Source: Bacteroidia bacterium | Lineage (GTDB): Bacteria; Bacteroidota; Bacteroidia; 2-12-FULL-35-15 | NCBI GenBank assembly: GCA_036170695.1 | Contig: JAVHPR010000148.1 | Location: 1 to 50,641, forward strand | Direction: 5' to 3' | Length of the DNA stretch: 50,641 nt | In this document: one piece after another, positions 1 to 8,835 of the stretch | Position numbering within the stretch: the first letter of the stretch is position 1 | How the letters are laid out: every line of letters starts with the position of its first letter | Made by a program: the position numbers and the translations under genes | The notes under the pieces: model-generated | The model's input: the letters and a program-made list of their open reading frames with translations, nothing else | Database searches by the model: none | What the model was told of the DNA's origin: nothing

Positions 1-260
1 TTTATTGAAATGCGACAACAAACTTGTAAAAGTTATTTTGTCTCAATTCCTAATTGGAAATTTGTTAATCTGTCAATTTGAAAATAATAAACATTTTTTC
101 AAATTTGCACCGTATCAAATTAATTGATTATCGGTTATTTTTTATTAAATTTATAATAACCTAATAAATATTTTATTGCCGTAAAAATAAGAAAAAAATT
201 GATATTTAAGAATGACAAGAAGTTCGTACCTTTCGCCTCCTGAATTAAGTTTAAATTAAA

Positions 261-1718
261 ATGAATATTTACGATAAATACGAGACTGTAATCGGCTTGG
301 AAGTTCACGCTCAGTTATCCACCAAAAGCAAAGCCTATTCAGGCGATTCTGCGGAGTTTGGGGCGCTTCCAAACACCAATATAAGTTCAATATCACTTGG
401 ACATCCGGGTACATTACCAAAAACAAATAAAAAAGTAATCGAATTTGCCGTTCGTTTAGGTTTGGCATGTAAATGTACTATCCGTGAGTTTAATGAATAT
501 GCCCGTAAAAATTATTTTTATGCCGATTTGCCTAAAGGGTATCAGATAACACAAGATAAAACGCCTATTTGCACTGGTGGATATATTACAATTAAACAGG
601 AAGATGGTTCGGAAAAGAACATTAATATTACACGTATTCACATGGAGGAGGATGCAGGAAAAAGCATTCATGACATTGATCCGTTTGATTCGCTGATAGA
701 TTTGAACCGTGCAGGAGTTGCTTTAGTGGAAATTGTTAGTGAGCCCGAAATGCGTAGTGGAGATGAGGCGTATAAATATTTAACCGAAATTCGTAAAATT
801 GTCCGTTATCTCGAAATTTGTGATGGCAATATGGAAGAAGGTAGTTTACGTTGTGATGCCAATGTTTCTGTTCGTTTAAAAGGTACTACAGCCTTTGGAA
901 AACGTACGGAGGTGAAAAACATGAACTCCATACGTAACGTACAACGTGCAATAGAGTTTGAAGCGAAGCGCCAGGTAGAGGCTATTGAAAATGGGGAGGA
1001 AATTTCGCAGGATACGCGCAGCTTTAATGCTGTAACAGGTTCTACTTTTGTTTTGCGCAGTAAAGAAATGGCGAATGATTATCGTTATTTCCCTGAACCT
1101 GATTTGCAACCGGTTGTGGTTAGTCAGGAATATATTGCAAAAGTGAAAAGCAGCCTGCCACCGCTTCCTAATGAATTGTATAAAAAATATCAGTCCTTAG
1201 GATTATCCTCATACGACGCAGGCGTATTAACCGATTCGAAAGAAATAGCCTTGTTCTTTGAAAAAATAATTGAGAAAACAAAAAATGTAAAATCAGCCGC
1301 TAATTGGTTAACAGTACAGATAAAGGCCTATCTGAACGATAATGCATTACATATTTCTGATTTTAAAATTTCGCCCGAACGTATGGCTACACTGGTCGAT
1401 TTTATTGATAGCGGAAAAGTAAATCATACCATTGCTATTCAAAAGATATTTCCAAAAATGATGGAAGAACCGGATAAATCACCATTACAAATTGCAGAAG
1501 AAAATAATTGGATTCAGGAGAGTAACAGCGATGCATTAACAGAGTTTGTAAAACAAGCCATTGCCAAATATCCTGAAAAAGTTATTGAATATAAAAACGG
1601 CAAAGTAACCTTATTAGGTTTGTTTATGGGAGAAGTAATGAAACTTTCAAAAGGTAAAGCCGACCCGAAAGTGGCTACAGAGTTGGTAAAGGAATACCTA
1701 CAAAGCCCCTCTCCTTAA
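261..1718 (+). CDS. gatB: Asp-tRNA(Asn)/Glu-tRNA(Gln) amidotransferase subunit B
   Basis: 485-aa ORF with GatB hallmarks: YETVIGLEVHAQL near the N-terminus, HMEEDAGKS, RCDANVSVR, and a helical GatB/YqeY-type tail. The last five codons (QSPSP) and the TAA stop lie inside the GC-rich family-A repeat at 1703-1740. Confidence 0.95.
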   Translation: MNIYDKYETVIGLEVHAQLSTKSKAYSGDSAEFGALPNTNISSISLGHPGTLPKTNKKVIEFAVRLGLACKCTIREFNEYARKNYFYADLPKGYQITQDKTPICTGGYITIKQEDGSEKNINITRIHMEEDAGKSIHDIDPFDSLIDLNRAGVALVEIVSEPEMRSGDEAYKYLTEIRKIVRYLEICDGNMEEGSLRCDANVSVRLKGTTAFGKRTEVKNMNSIRNVQRAIEFEAKRQVEAIENGEEISQDTRSFNAVTGSTFVLRSKEMANDYRYFPEPDLQPVVVSQEYIAKVKSSLPPLPNELYKKYQSLGLSSYDAGVLTDSKEIALFFEKIIEKTKNVKSAANWLTVQIKAYLNDNALHISDFKISPERMATLVDFIDSGKVNHTIAIQKIFPKMMEEPDKSPLQIAEENNWIQESNSDALTEFVKQAIAKYPEKVIEYKNGKVTLLGLFMGEVMKLSKGKADPKVATELVKEYLQSPSP

Positions 1719-1928
1719 TCCTCTCCCCGAAGGGTAGAGGACGAAACTTGAAAAAACAAAACAACAATTAACTCAAAAAACGATGCGTATTAAAAATCTT
1801 ATTAATTATCTTTTCTCACCAACGACCTCTCCCTTTTGGGGAGAGATTAAGAGAGGGGCTTCACTTCAATATCTCTACTCACTTATTGCCCCCTCCACTT
1901 CGGGGAGGGGATTGAGGGGAGGGGCTTC
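1703..1928. repeat. cluster of three family-A GC-rich hairpin repeats (1703-1740 forward; 1825-1862 and 1889-1928 inverted)
   Basis: Each unit is ~38-40 nt: outer end (G)AAGCCCCTC, then TCCTTAATCC, then a small hairpin CCTCTCCC(C)-loop-(G)GGGAGAGG. The same unit recurs at 34210, 34321, 36568, 36696, 38948 and 39043. Confidence 0.85.
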
Positions 1929-3051
1929 ACTTATCATTTTATTAGCCGCTTGTTCGAATACTAATCCCCAATCTGGTAATCCTGTGGCGGAAAGCAATTT
2001 TGAGTTAAAAGGGAAGTTGAGCAATGCCCATGGTGAAACAATTTATCTTCAACTTATGGATCCTTCCGGAATTAAAGGCATCGATACTGTTGTTGTTGAT
2101 GAAAAAGGAGAGTTTGCGATGACTGCTGAAATTAAAGAAGCCGGTTTTTTTCGACTAGGGATTTCAGAGAAAAATTTCGCAACCTTGATTTTGGATGCAA
2201 ATCAAAAAGTAACTTTTATTGGAGATGCAAGCGCAATCGGTAATAACTATCAGGTGAGCGGATCGCCGGACTCTAAATTATTTCTGGAGATTAATCAGGC
2301 ATCTACCATAAATTACCACAAGCGTGATTCATTACAAGCTGCATTTCAAGCATATATGTCTGCCCCCTCTACAGATCCCAATAAAGCGGCGATGTTGAAA
2401 AATACCATAGAAGGACAGTATAACGCATTGGTTGCGGAGCACAATAAATTCCTGCAAACCCTTATTGAAAAAAACACCGGCTCACTTGCTTCATTAGCTG
2501 CGATTCAACAATTACCTGTGGAAGATTTTTTAGAAACATATATTAAAGCCGATAATGGTTTGTTCGCAAAGTATCCTAAGTCTGCTTATATTAAGGCTTT
2601 TCACGAAGATGTGCTTTCGAAAAAGAAATTGGCAATAGGCTCTCCTGCCCCCGAAATATCCTTAAACGGGCCTGATGGGAAAGGGAAATCCCTTTCATCA
2701 TTAAAAGGTAAAATAGTTTTAGTTGACTTTTGGGCATCATGGTGTGCCCCTTGCAGAGCGGAAAACCCAAACGTTGTGAAAGCTTACAACAAATATAAAT
2801 CAAAAGGTTTTGAAATATTTAGTGTTTCATTGGATAGTGAAGGTAACAAATGGAAAGCCGCCATACAGAAAGATAATTTGTCATGGGATAGCCATGTTTG
2901 TGATTTATTGGGCTGGAAATCTCCTGTTGTGCCTTTGTATAGTTTTCAAGGAATTCCATACAATGTGTTAATTGATAAAGAAGGAAAAATTATTGCGAAG
3001 AATCTCCGTGGTGAAGATTTGGAGAAAAAATTAGCAGAGGTTTTTAAATAG
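1783..3051 (+). CDS. TlpA/ResA-like thiol:disulfide oxidoreductase lipoprotein (thioredoxin fold); start codon uncertain
   Basis: 422-aa ORF. The C-terminal thioredoxin domain has the active site FWASWCAPCRAENP, and a lipobox LLAAC puts Cys at residue 57. The first ~48 codons are encoded by family-A repeats and the A-rich core between them. An in-frame TTG at 1912 would give MRGGASLIILLAAC. Confidence 0.8.
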   Translation: MRIKNLINYLFSPTTSPFWGEIKRGASLQYLYSLIAPSTSGRGLRGGASLIILLAACSNTNPQSGNPVAESNFELKGKLSNAHGETIYLQLMDPSGIKGIDTVVVDEKGEFAMTAEIKEAGFFRLGISEKNFATLILDANQKVTFIGDASAIGNNYQVSGSPDSKLFLEINQASTINYHKRDSLQAAFQAYMSAPSTDPNKAAMLKNTIEGQYNALVAEHNKFLQTLIEKNTGSLASLAAIQQLPVEDFLETYIKADNGLFAKYPKSAYIKAFHEDVLSKKKLAIGSPAPEISLNGPDGKGKSLSSLKGKIVLVDFWASWCAPCRAENPNVVKAYNKYKSKGFEIFSVSLDSEGNKWKAAIQKDNLSWDSHVCDLLGWKSPVVPLYSFQGIPYNVLIDKEGKIIAKNLRGEDLEKKLAEVFK

Positions 3052-3057
3052 AAAATA

Positions 3058-3388
3058 GCCCCTGACAGGGTTTCAAACCCTGTTAGGGTTTTTAGACTTT
3101 TTTAAACTACTATACACTTTTTGTTATTTTGCTGCTATATTTTAAAAAATATGGAACGCTGATAACGCAGATTGTTATGATTCAAAAAGATTTTCATCTG
3201 TTTTGCACACATGCTGGCTCAAACAGCCACTGGCAGTTTGCCCTATCATAAAATTTAGGATTAAATAAGATTTTATTTTATCTGTGTTCATCATAATTAT
3301 CTGCTGTCCATTTACTTTTTGTATAGTAGTTTAGACTTTTTTAATAAATTGCCCTTAACCTCTAACAGGGTTTAAAACCCTGTCAGAG
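3058..3388. repeat. nested inverted-repeat (MITE-like) intergenic block
   Basis: The ends are two copies of the palindromic hairpin CCTGACAGGGTTTCAAACCCTGTTAGG (3058-3088) and CTAACAGGGTTTAAAACCCTGTCAG (3359-3388). Inside them are the direct repeat TTTAGACTTTTTTA (3091-3104, 3330-3343) and the inverted pair AAACTACTATAC / GTATAGTAGTTT (3104-3115, 3321-3332). The core carries degenerate CGCAGAT/ATCTGTG-type units in both orientations. Confidence 0.75.
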
Positions 3389-3406
3389 AAAACAAATTAC
3401 TGTTCA

Positions 3407-6400
3407 ATGAAAAAAAAGCATTTCGTGTTTTTTACTATTTTGTTATTCCCGTTCATCGGATTAGCCCAAGCCTATTTCCAACAGGACGTTCATTACACCA
3501 TTCACGCAAAGTTAGATGATGTAAAAAATGAAATTACTGCTGATGAAAGTCTCGAATACATAAATAATTCGCCCAATGAACTTACTTTTATTTATATGCA
3601 CCTTTGGCCCAACGCATATAAAGATAATACCACTCCTCTGGCAAAAGAATTTTTAAAGAAGGGCGAAAAAAAGTTTTATTATTCAAAGCCTGAAGAGAGG
3701 GGCTATATCGATCAGCTTGATTTTAAAATAGACGGACTGTCTGCTAAATGGGAGTTACTAAAAGACAGCATTGATATTTGTAAACTTTTTTTGAATCAGC
3801 CTTTGAAAAGTGGCGGTAAAATTACCATTACCACACCGTTTCATGTTAAAATTCCTTCAGGTAAATTTTCCCGCCTAGGACATATCGGGCAGTCCTATCA
3901 GATAACGCAATGGTACCCCAAGCCCGCAGTATATGACCGTAATGGATGGAATTATATGCCTTATTTAAATCAGGGAGAATTTTATTCGGAGTTTGGTACT
4001 TTCGATGTAAGCATAACGCTGCCAAAAAATTATGTGGTTGGTGCAACAGGCGATATGGCTGATGGTGAAAAAGAATTGGAATGGTTGAATAAAAAAGTAA
4101 AAGAAACAGAAGCCATCACCTCCTATAATGCTAAGGATTTAGCATTTCCGGTTTCTGAACAGGAAACAAAAACATTACGTTTCAAACAGAGCAATGTTCA
4201 TGATTTTGCGTGGTTCTGCGACAAGCGTTATCATGTTTTAAAGGGAGAAATTGAAACACCGCATACTAAGCGTAAAGTAACAACCTGGGTAATGTTTACT
4301 AATGGCGAAGGAAGTTTGTGGGAAAAGAGTATTCAATATGTTAACGACGCTGTTTATTATTATTCGCTTTGGAATGGCGATTATCCCTATAACCATTGTA
4401 CTGCCGTGGATGGAACTATTAGTGCAGGAGGAGGTATGGAATATCCCAATATTACCGTAATTGGTAACATGGGCAACGACTATTTATTAGATATGGTGAT
4501 TACTCATGAAGTAGGGCATAACTGGTTTTATGGAATAATGGGCTCCAACGAACGGATACATGCCTGGATGGATGAAGGGATCAACTCTTATGATGAACTC
4601 CGTTATGTTGAGACGAAATATCATAACAGAAAACTTATTGGTAGTTTTGCTGATAATGCTGTAGGAAAAGCATTTGACTTGTCGAGGTATAAACAAAAAG
4701 CACAATACGAATTATCCTATTTGTTTTCTGCCGCTAAAAACGAAGATCAGCCGATTGAACTTCCGGCCTATGATTACACCGAAATAAATTATGGCGGAAT
4801 TGTTTATTCTAAAACGGCTATTGTATTTGATTATTTGTCGGCCGCTATTGGCGAAAAAGAGATGGACAAAGCAATGCAGCGCTATTTTGATGAATGGCAT
4901 TTCAAACATCCCCAGCCTGCTGATTTTAGAAAAGTGATGGAGCAGTCGACTGGTAAAGACCTGAGCTGGTTTTTTGATGACCTGATTAATTCTACAAAAA
5001 AGTTAGATTATAAAATTGCATCCTGCGATGAAAAGTCCGATGGTACCTGGGATATTGAAGTGAAAAACAAAGGAGAAATTAAGGGACCTGTTTTTATTCA
5101 GGGAATAAAAAATAAAAAAGTAATCAGCGAAATCAGTTTCGATGGTTTTGCCGGTTCAAAAACGCTGAACTTCCCCCTTCATGATATTGATCATTTAAAA
5201 ATTGATTTTATGGAAGATATGCCTGAAATCAATAGAAATAACAATACTATCCGTACTAAAGGTTTGTTTAAAAAGGTGGAGCCTTTAAAATTGCAATTTT
5301 TGGGAAGCCTTGATAATCCTGATAAAACCCAGCTTTTTTTCACACCGGTTGGTGGTTGGAACAATTATAACAAATGGATGTTGGGTTTTGCTTTTTATAA
5401 TAACATATTGCCGCAAAAGAAACTTGAATTTGTGTTAATGCCAATGCTGAGCAACAGCACACATGATTTTGCAGGGTATGGGCAAATGACCTATCATATT
5501 TTACCGAACAGCAATTTGATTCAGAACATATCCCTTGGAGTTACAACTCTCCGATATTCTTATACCAACCATCCTACTGATTTGAATTTCAATAAAGTAG
5601 CACCTGAATTAAACATCGAATTTAAAATGAAGGATCCGAGAAGCCCATTCAGTCATAGTTTACGTTACCGTAATATTAATATTTTCAAAGATTATTATAA
5701 AGGAAATTATGAGTTCGCTACACCTATATATTCCCGCGATCCAATCTATCTGAATTTTAATGATCTTACGTATCGGTTTTCAAAATTCAATGCCATACAA
5801 CCTGTTGATGTACTTGTAAATATACAGGATGGTGGAGAAAGAGTTCTTGAACCAAAAACGATTATTGATAAAATGATTAAATTGTCATTAACGGCAAACT
5901 ATTCATACAATTTTAAGGGAAGAAATAAAGGGATCGATGTTCGTTTTTTTGCAGGAACATTTGTCGGAACAACTGCTAATGGTGCCGATCCATATCGCTT
6001 CCGCCTTAGCGGACAACGTGGCTACCAGGATTATTTGTATGATAATATTTTTCTGGGTCGTTCCGAAACCGAAGGTGTTCTTGCAAGCCAGTTTACAGAA
6101 ACCGATGGCGGGTTTAAGAATTATTCCCCTATTGGTCAATCAGCTAAATGGATAACAGCAGTAAACATAAAATCAACTTTAGGCAATTTGAAGGTGCCAA
6201 TAAAACTTTATGCTGATATCGGGACAACTGCTGATGACGGAAGATATAGAGAAAAAGTACTCTATGATGCAGGTGCCTGTATTGCCCTGGGAGAGATTTT
6301 TGAAATTTATTTTCCGGTAGTAATGTCAAAAGATTTTAAAGACTTTGAAAAGGATAATGGTATAAAATATGCTGAAACAATACGATTTGCAATACATTTC

Positions 6401-6439
6401 AACTTTCTTAACCCATTTGATTTATTAAAAAGTTTTTAG
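3407..6439 (+). CDS. M1-family zinc metallopeptidase (aminopeptidase N-like), secreted
   Basis: 1010-aa ORF with a signal peptide (MKKKHFVFFTILLFPFIGLAQA). It has a GGMEYPN exopeptidase-like motif, the HEVGHNWFYG zinc site (HExxH) and a downstream WMDEG glutamate. Confidence 0.88.
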   Translation: MKKKHFVFFTILLFPFIGLAQAYFQQDVHYTIHAKLDDVKNEITADESLEYINNSPNELTFIYMHLWPNAYKDNTTPLAKEFLKKGEKKFYYSKPEERGYIDQLDFKIDGLSAKWELLKDSIDICKLFLNQPLKSGGKITITTPFHVKIPSGKFSRLGHIGQSYQITQWYPKPAVYDRNGWNYMPYLNQGEFYSEFGTFDVSITLPKNYVVGATGDMADGEKELEWLNKKVKETEAITSYNAKDLAFPVSEQETKTLRFKQSNVHDFAWFCDKRYHVLKGEIETPHTKRKVTTWVMFTNGEGSLWEKSIQYVNDAVYYYSLWNGDYPYNHCTAVDGTISAGGGMEYPNITVIGNMGNDYLLDMVITHEVGHNWFYGIMGSNERIHAWMDEGINSYDELRYVETKYHNRKLIGSFADNAVGKAFDLSRYKQKAQYELSYLFSAAKNEDQPIELPAYDYTEINYGGIVYSKTAIVFDYLSAAIGEKEMDKAMQRYFDEWHFKHPQPADFRKVMEQSTGKDLSWFFDDLINSTKKLDYKIASCDEKSDGTWDIEVKNKGEIKGPVFIQGIKNKKVISEISFDGFAGSKTLNFPLHDIDHLKIDFMEDMPEINRNNNTIRTKGLFKKVEPLKLQFLGSLDNPDKTQLFFTPVGGWNNYNKWMLGFAFYNNILPQKKLEFVLMPMLSNSTHDFAGYGQMTYHILPNSNLIQNISLGVTTLRYSYTNHPTDLNFNKVAPELNIEFKMKDPRSPFSHSLRYRNINIFKDYYKGNYEFATPIYSRDPIYLNFNDLTYRFSKFNAIQPVDVLVNIQDGGERVLEPKTIIDKMIKLSLTANYSYNFKGRNKGIDVRFFAGTFVGTTANGADPYRFRLSGQRGYQDYLYDNIFLGRSETEGVLASQFTETDGGFKNYSPIGQSAKWITAVNIKSTLGNLKVPIKLYADIGTTADDGRYREKVLYDAGACIALGEIFEIYFPVVMSKDFKDFEKDNGIKYAETIRFAIHFNFLNPFDLLKSF

Positions 6440-6539
6440 TTTCGTTACTATTGTTTTCTTTATCCAGACTCAACTGATGTTATAATTGATCTTCAAAGCC
6501 AATAAGTACTAATGTTGTTTAATTATAAAAAGACGCAAT

Positions 6540-6606
6540 GTCATGTCGAGGTTTGTCGAGACATCTTTTTTAAATGAAAAAGATTCCTCCACTAAGGTCG
6601 GAATGA
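6540..6606. repeat. family-B hairpin repeat (degenerate copy)
   Basis: GTCATGTCGAGGTTTGTCGAGACATC ... GATTCCTCCACTAAGGTCGGAATGA. It has the same architecture (GTCATG...arm / arm...GAATGAC) as the copies at 8681, 35233 and 49183. Confidence 0.6.
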
Positions 6607-6674
6607 ATAAAGAAGTCAAAGCAAATTTGCTCAACACTGTTTTTTCAGAACGAAAAAACTAAATCGTGTTTTAT

Positions 6675-8102
6675 ATGTACAATAAATCAGTGTTATTTGT
6701 TTTTTCTTTTTTACTGCATTTTTTGTGTCAGGCACAAAATGTGGTTATAAATGGGATTGCTAAAACATACGAAAACAAGGAGATTGGTCTGTGGGTGCGC
6801 AATGATTATATTTCAAATACCGAAAAACAAGTTACTTTCTCATCGGTTGATTCTGCCGGAAATTTTATGCTGGAATTTAACAGTAAAGAAATTCAATACG
6901 TCACTTTAAAGATCGAAAAAAGCATTGCCTCTATGTATGTTGAACCCAATGCAAGGTATGATGTAATGTTAATGCCTCCAGATTCAACTACCTATCAAAA
7001 CCCAAATTTAGATCACGACGTAAAACTATCCATTAAACTAAAGAGTAAAGCTGAAATCAATGCACTTACCATGGATTATGATAAAAAGTTCGATGATTTT
7101 TTATCCGTTGATTACCGCTCGTTTGTTAGTCGCGGCCCACAGTCAAAAATCGATTCATTTAAATTGGCAATGCGCAACTTTTATTCAGCAGTAAATAATC
7201 CTTTTTTTGATGCATATAGAACTTATTCAATTGCTGCACTTGAAGAAGAAACCAAATTAAGTGAGAAAAAACTCTTTGCCAATTATCTGAACAGGAAACC
7301 AATTTTATATAATCATCCCGAATACATTCATTTTTTTAATGCCTTTTATAAACAGAAACTCCAGAAGATTGTTCTGTCAAAACAAGGGTCTGAAATACTT
7401 TTTCAAATCAATGATCGCGGCAGTTTTAACGGTGCTATGATGGTTTTGAAAACAAATAATTTTCTGCAAAATGATACTATTTGTGAATTGGTATTAATAA
7501 AAGGCCTGCTCGAAAGTTACTACGATGGCACATTTAAAAAAGCAAGCATTGTGGCTATCCTGGAACAAATAATTGTTGAAAGTAAAATTCCGGAACATCA
7601 ATACATAGCGAAAAATAGTTTAAATTCATTTTCTAAATTGCGTGCAGGTGCAATGGCTCCCTATTTTGAATTGCCTGATAAAACCGGGCTTACACATAGT
7701 CTGGATGAAATGCGTTCAAAAAAACATGTTTACGTTTTGTTTTTTGATGCAAACTGCACTTCCTGTTTACAACAGATGAAAGTGATTCCTTCCTTAAAAA
7801 AGGAGTACGGCGCAAAAATTGAATTCGTTTGTATTTCCACAGACAAAACAAATGTCGATTTTAAAAAATTCTGCTTGAAAAATCCGAAATATGATTGGTT
7901 GATACTGTACGACAATAGTGGAGCACAATTAAAAAATAATTATGAAATAAGATCATTGCCCACCTATTTTTTAATTAGTCCGGATGGCAAATTTGTTCAG
8001 GCTCCTGCAGAAGGTATTGATGGAGATATTGACCGCGTGTTTTACGATATTACAAAACCAAAAGGGAATAGGCATGGTGTAGGTGATAAGAAAAATCATT
8101 AA
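6675..8102 (+). CDS. thioredoxin-like (TlpA/AhpC-TSA family) protein, secreted
   Basis: The ORF track starts at GTG 6666. ATG 6675 gives a clean signal peptide (MYNKSVLFVFSFLLHFLCQAQ). The C-terminal redoxin-like domain has a CTSC dithiol in FFDANCTSCLQQM, followed by SLPTYFLISPDGK. Confidence 0.7.
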   Translation: MYNKSVLFVFSFLLHFLCQAQNVVINGIAKTYENKEIGLWVRNDYISNTEKQVTFSSVDSAGNFMLEFNSKEIQYVTLKIEKSIASMYVEPNARYDVMLMPPDSTTYQNPNLDHDVKLSIKLKSKAEINALTMDYDKKFDDFLSVDYRSFVSRGPQSKIDSFKLAMRNFYSAVNNPFFDAYRTYSIAALEEETKLSEKKLFANYLNRKPILYNHPEYIHFFNAFYKQKLQKIVLSKQGSEILFQINDRGSFNGAMMVLKTNNFLQNDTICELVLIKGLLESYYDGTFKKASIVAILEQIIVESKIPEHQYIAKNSLNSFSKLRAGAMAPYFELPDKTGLTHSLDEMRSKKHVYVLFFDANCTSCLQQMKVIPSLKKEYGAKIEFVCISTDKTNVDFKKFCLKNPKYDWLILYDNSGAQLKNNYEIRSLPTYFLISPDGKFVQAPAEGIDGDIDRVFYDITKPKGNRHGVGDKKNH

Positions 8103-8173
8103 TTGGAAAAAACCTTACCTTTAACGCTGCAAATGATTATTGAACATTATTAGAAAGCTAAAACAAAAGAAGA

Positions 8174-8647
8174 ATGGGCGAAAAAGAAAATTTCATGCGT
8201 GAAGCTATTCGATTATCAATAGATTCGATGCGGGCTGGTAACGGTGGTCCTTTTGGGGCAGTTGTTGTTAAAGATGGAAAAGTCATAGCCCGAGGTTTTA
8301 ACAAAGTTACCTCCACCAACGATCCTACAGCACATGCTGAAGTAGTTGCAATCAGGGAAGCTTGTGAAGTCTTAGGCAGTTTTCAATTATCAGGCTGCGA
8401 AATATACACCAGCTGTGAGCCCTGTCCAATGTGCCTTGGAGCAATTTATTGGGCCCGGCCTGATAAAATGTATTTTGCAAATACTAAGTCCGATGCCGCA
8501 TTAATAGGATTTGACGATCAATTTATTTATGATGAAATTGAACTTAATATCAGCGCCAGACATTTGCATACTGAGCAATTACTGCACGAAGAGGCGATGG
8601 TTGCGTTTCAGGAATGGCAGAATAAATCGGATAAAATTGAGTATTAA
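8174..8647 (+). CDS. guaD: guanine deaminase (CDA-fold nucleoside/nucleobase deaminase)
   Basis: 157-aa ORF. GGPFGAVVVKDGKVIARGFNKVTSTNDPTAHAE and SCEPCPMCLGAIYWARP closely resemble Bacillus GuaD as I recall it. The zinc ligands are HAE and CxxC. Confidence 0.85.
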   Translation: MGEKENFMREAIRLSIDSMRAGNGGPFGAVVVKDGKVIARGFNKVTSTNDPTAHAEVVAIREACEVLGSFQLSGCEIYTSCEPCPMCLGAIYWARPDKMYFANTKSDAALIGFDDQFIYDEIELNISARHLHTEQLLHEEAMVAFQEWQNKSDKIEY

Positions 8648-8680
8648 TGTGAAGCAAGAAAAGAGTTAAATAGTGTTTTG

Positions 8681-8746
8681 GTCATGCTGAGCCTGTCGAA
8701 GTATGTGGGCTGGCAATCGCACATCCTTCGACAGGCTCAGGATGAC
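8681..8746. repeat. family-B hairpin repeat
   Basis: GTCATGCTGAGCCTGTCGAAG ... CTTCGACAGGCTCAGGATGAC: ~21-nt arms that pair almost perfectly around a ~24-nt loop. Confidence 0.85.
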
Positions 8747-8835
8747 ATCGCGCTATGTTGTATATCCAATTATTGATTTGAATTGTTTGCTCATTAGCAC
8801 ATTTTCAAAACAGCACATTTTAAAATTATTGTTTT

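Noticed and set aside
8648-8835. Possible purine riboswitch upstream of adenine deaminase
   Set aside because: There is no three-way junction and no conserved loop sequences. The gap is explained by a family-B hairpin plus the short direct repeat AGCACATTTT.
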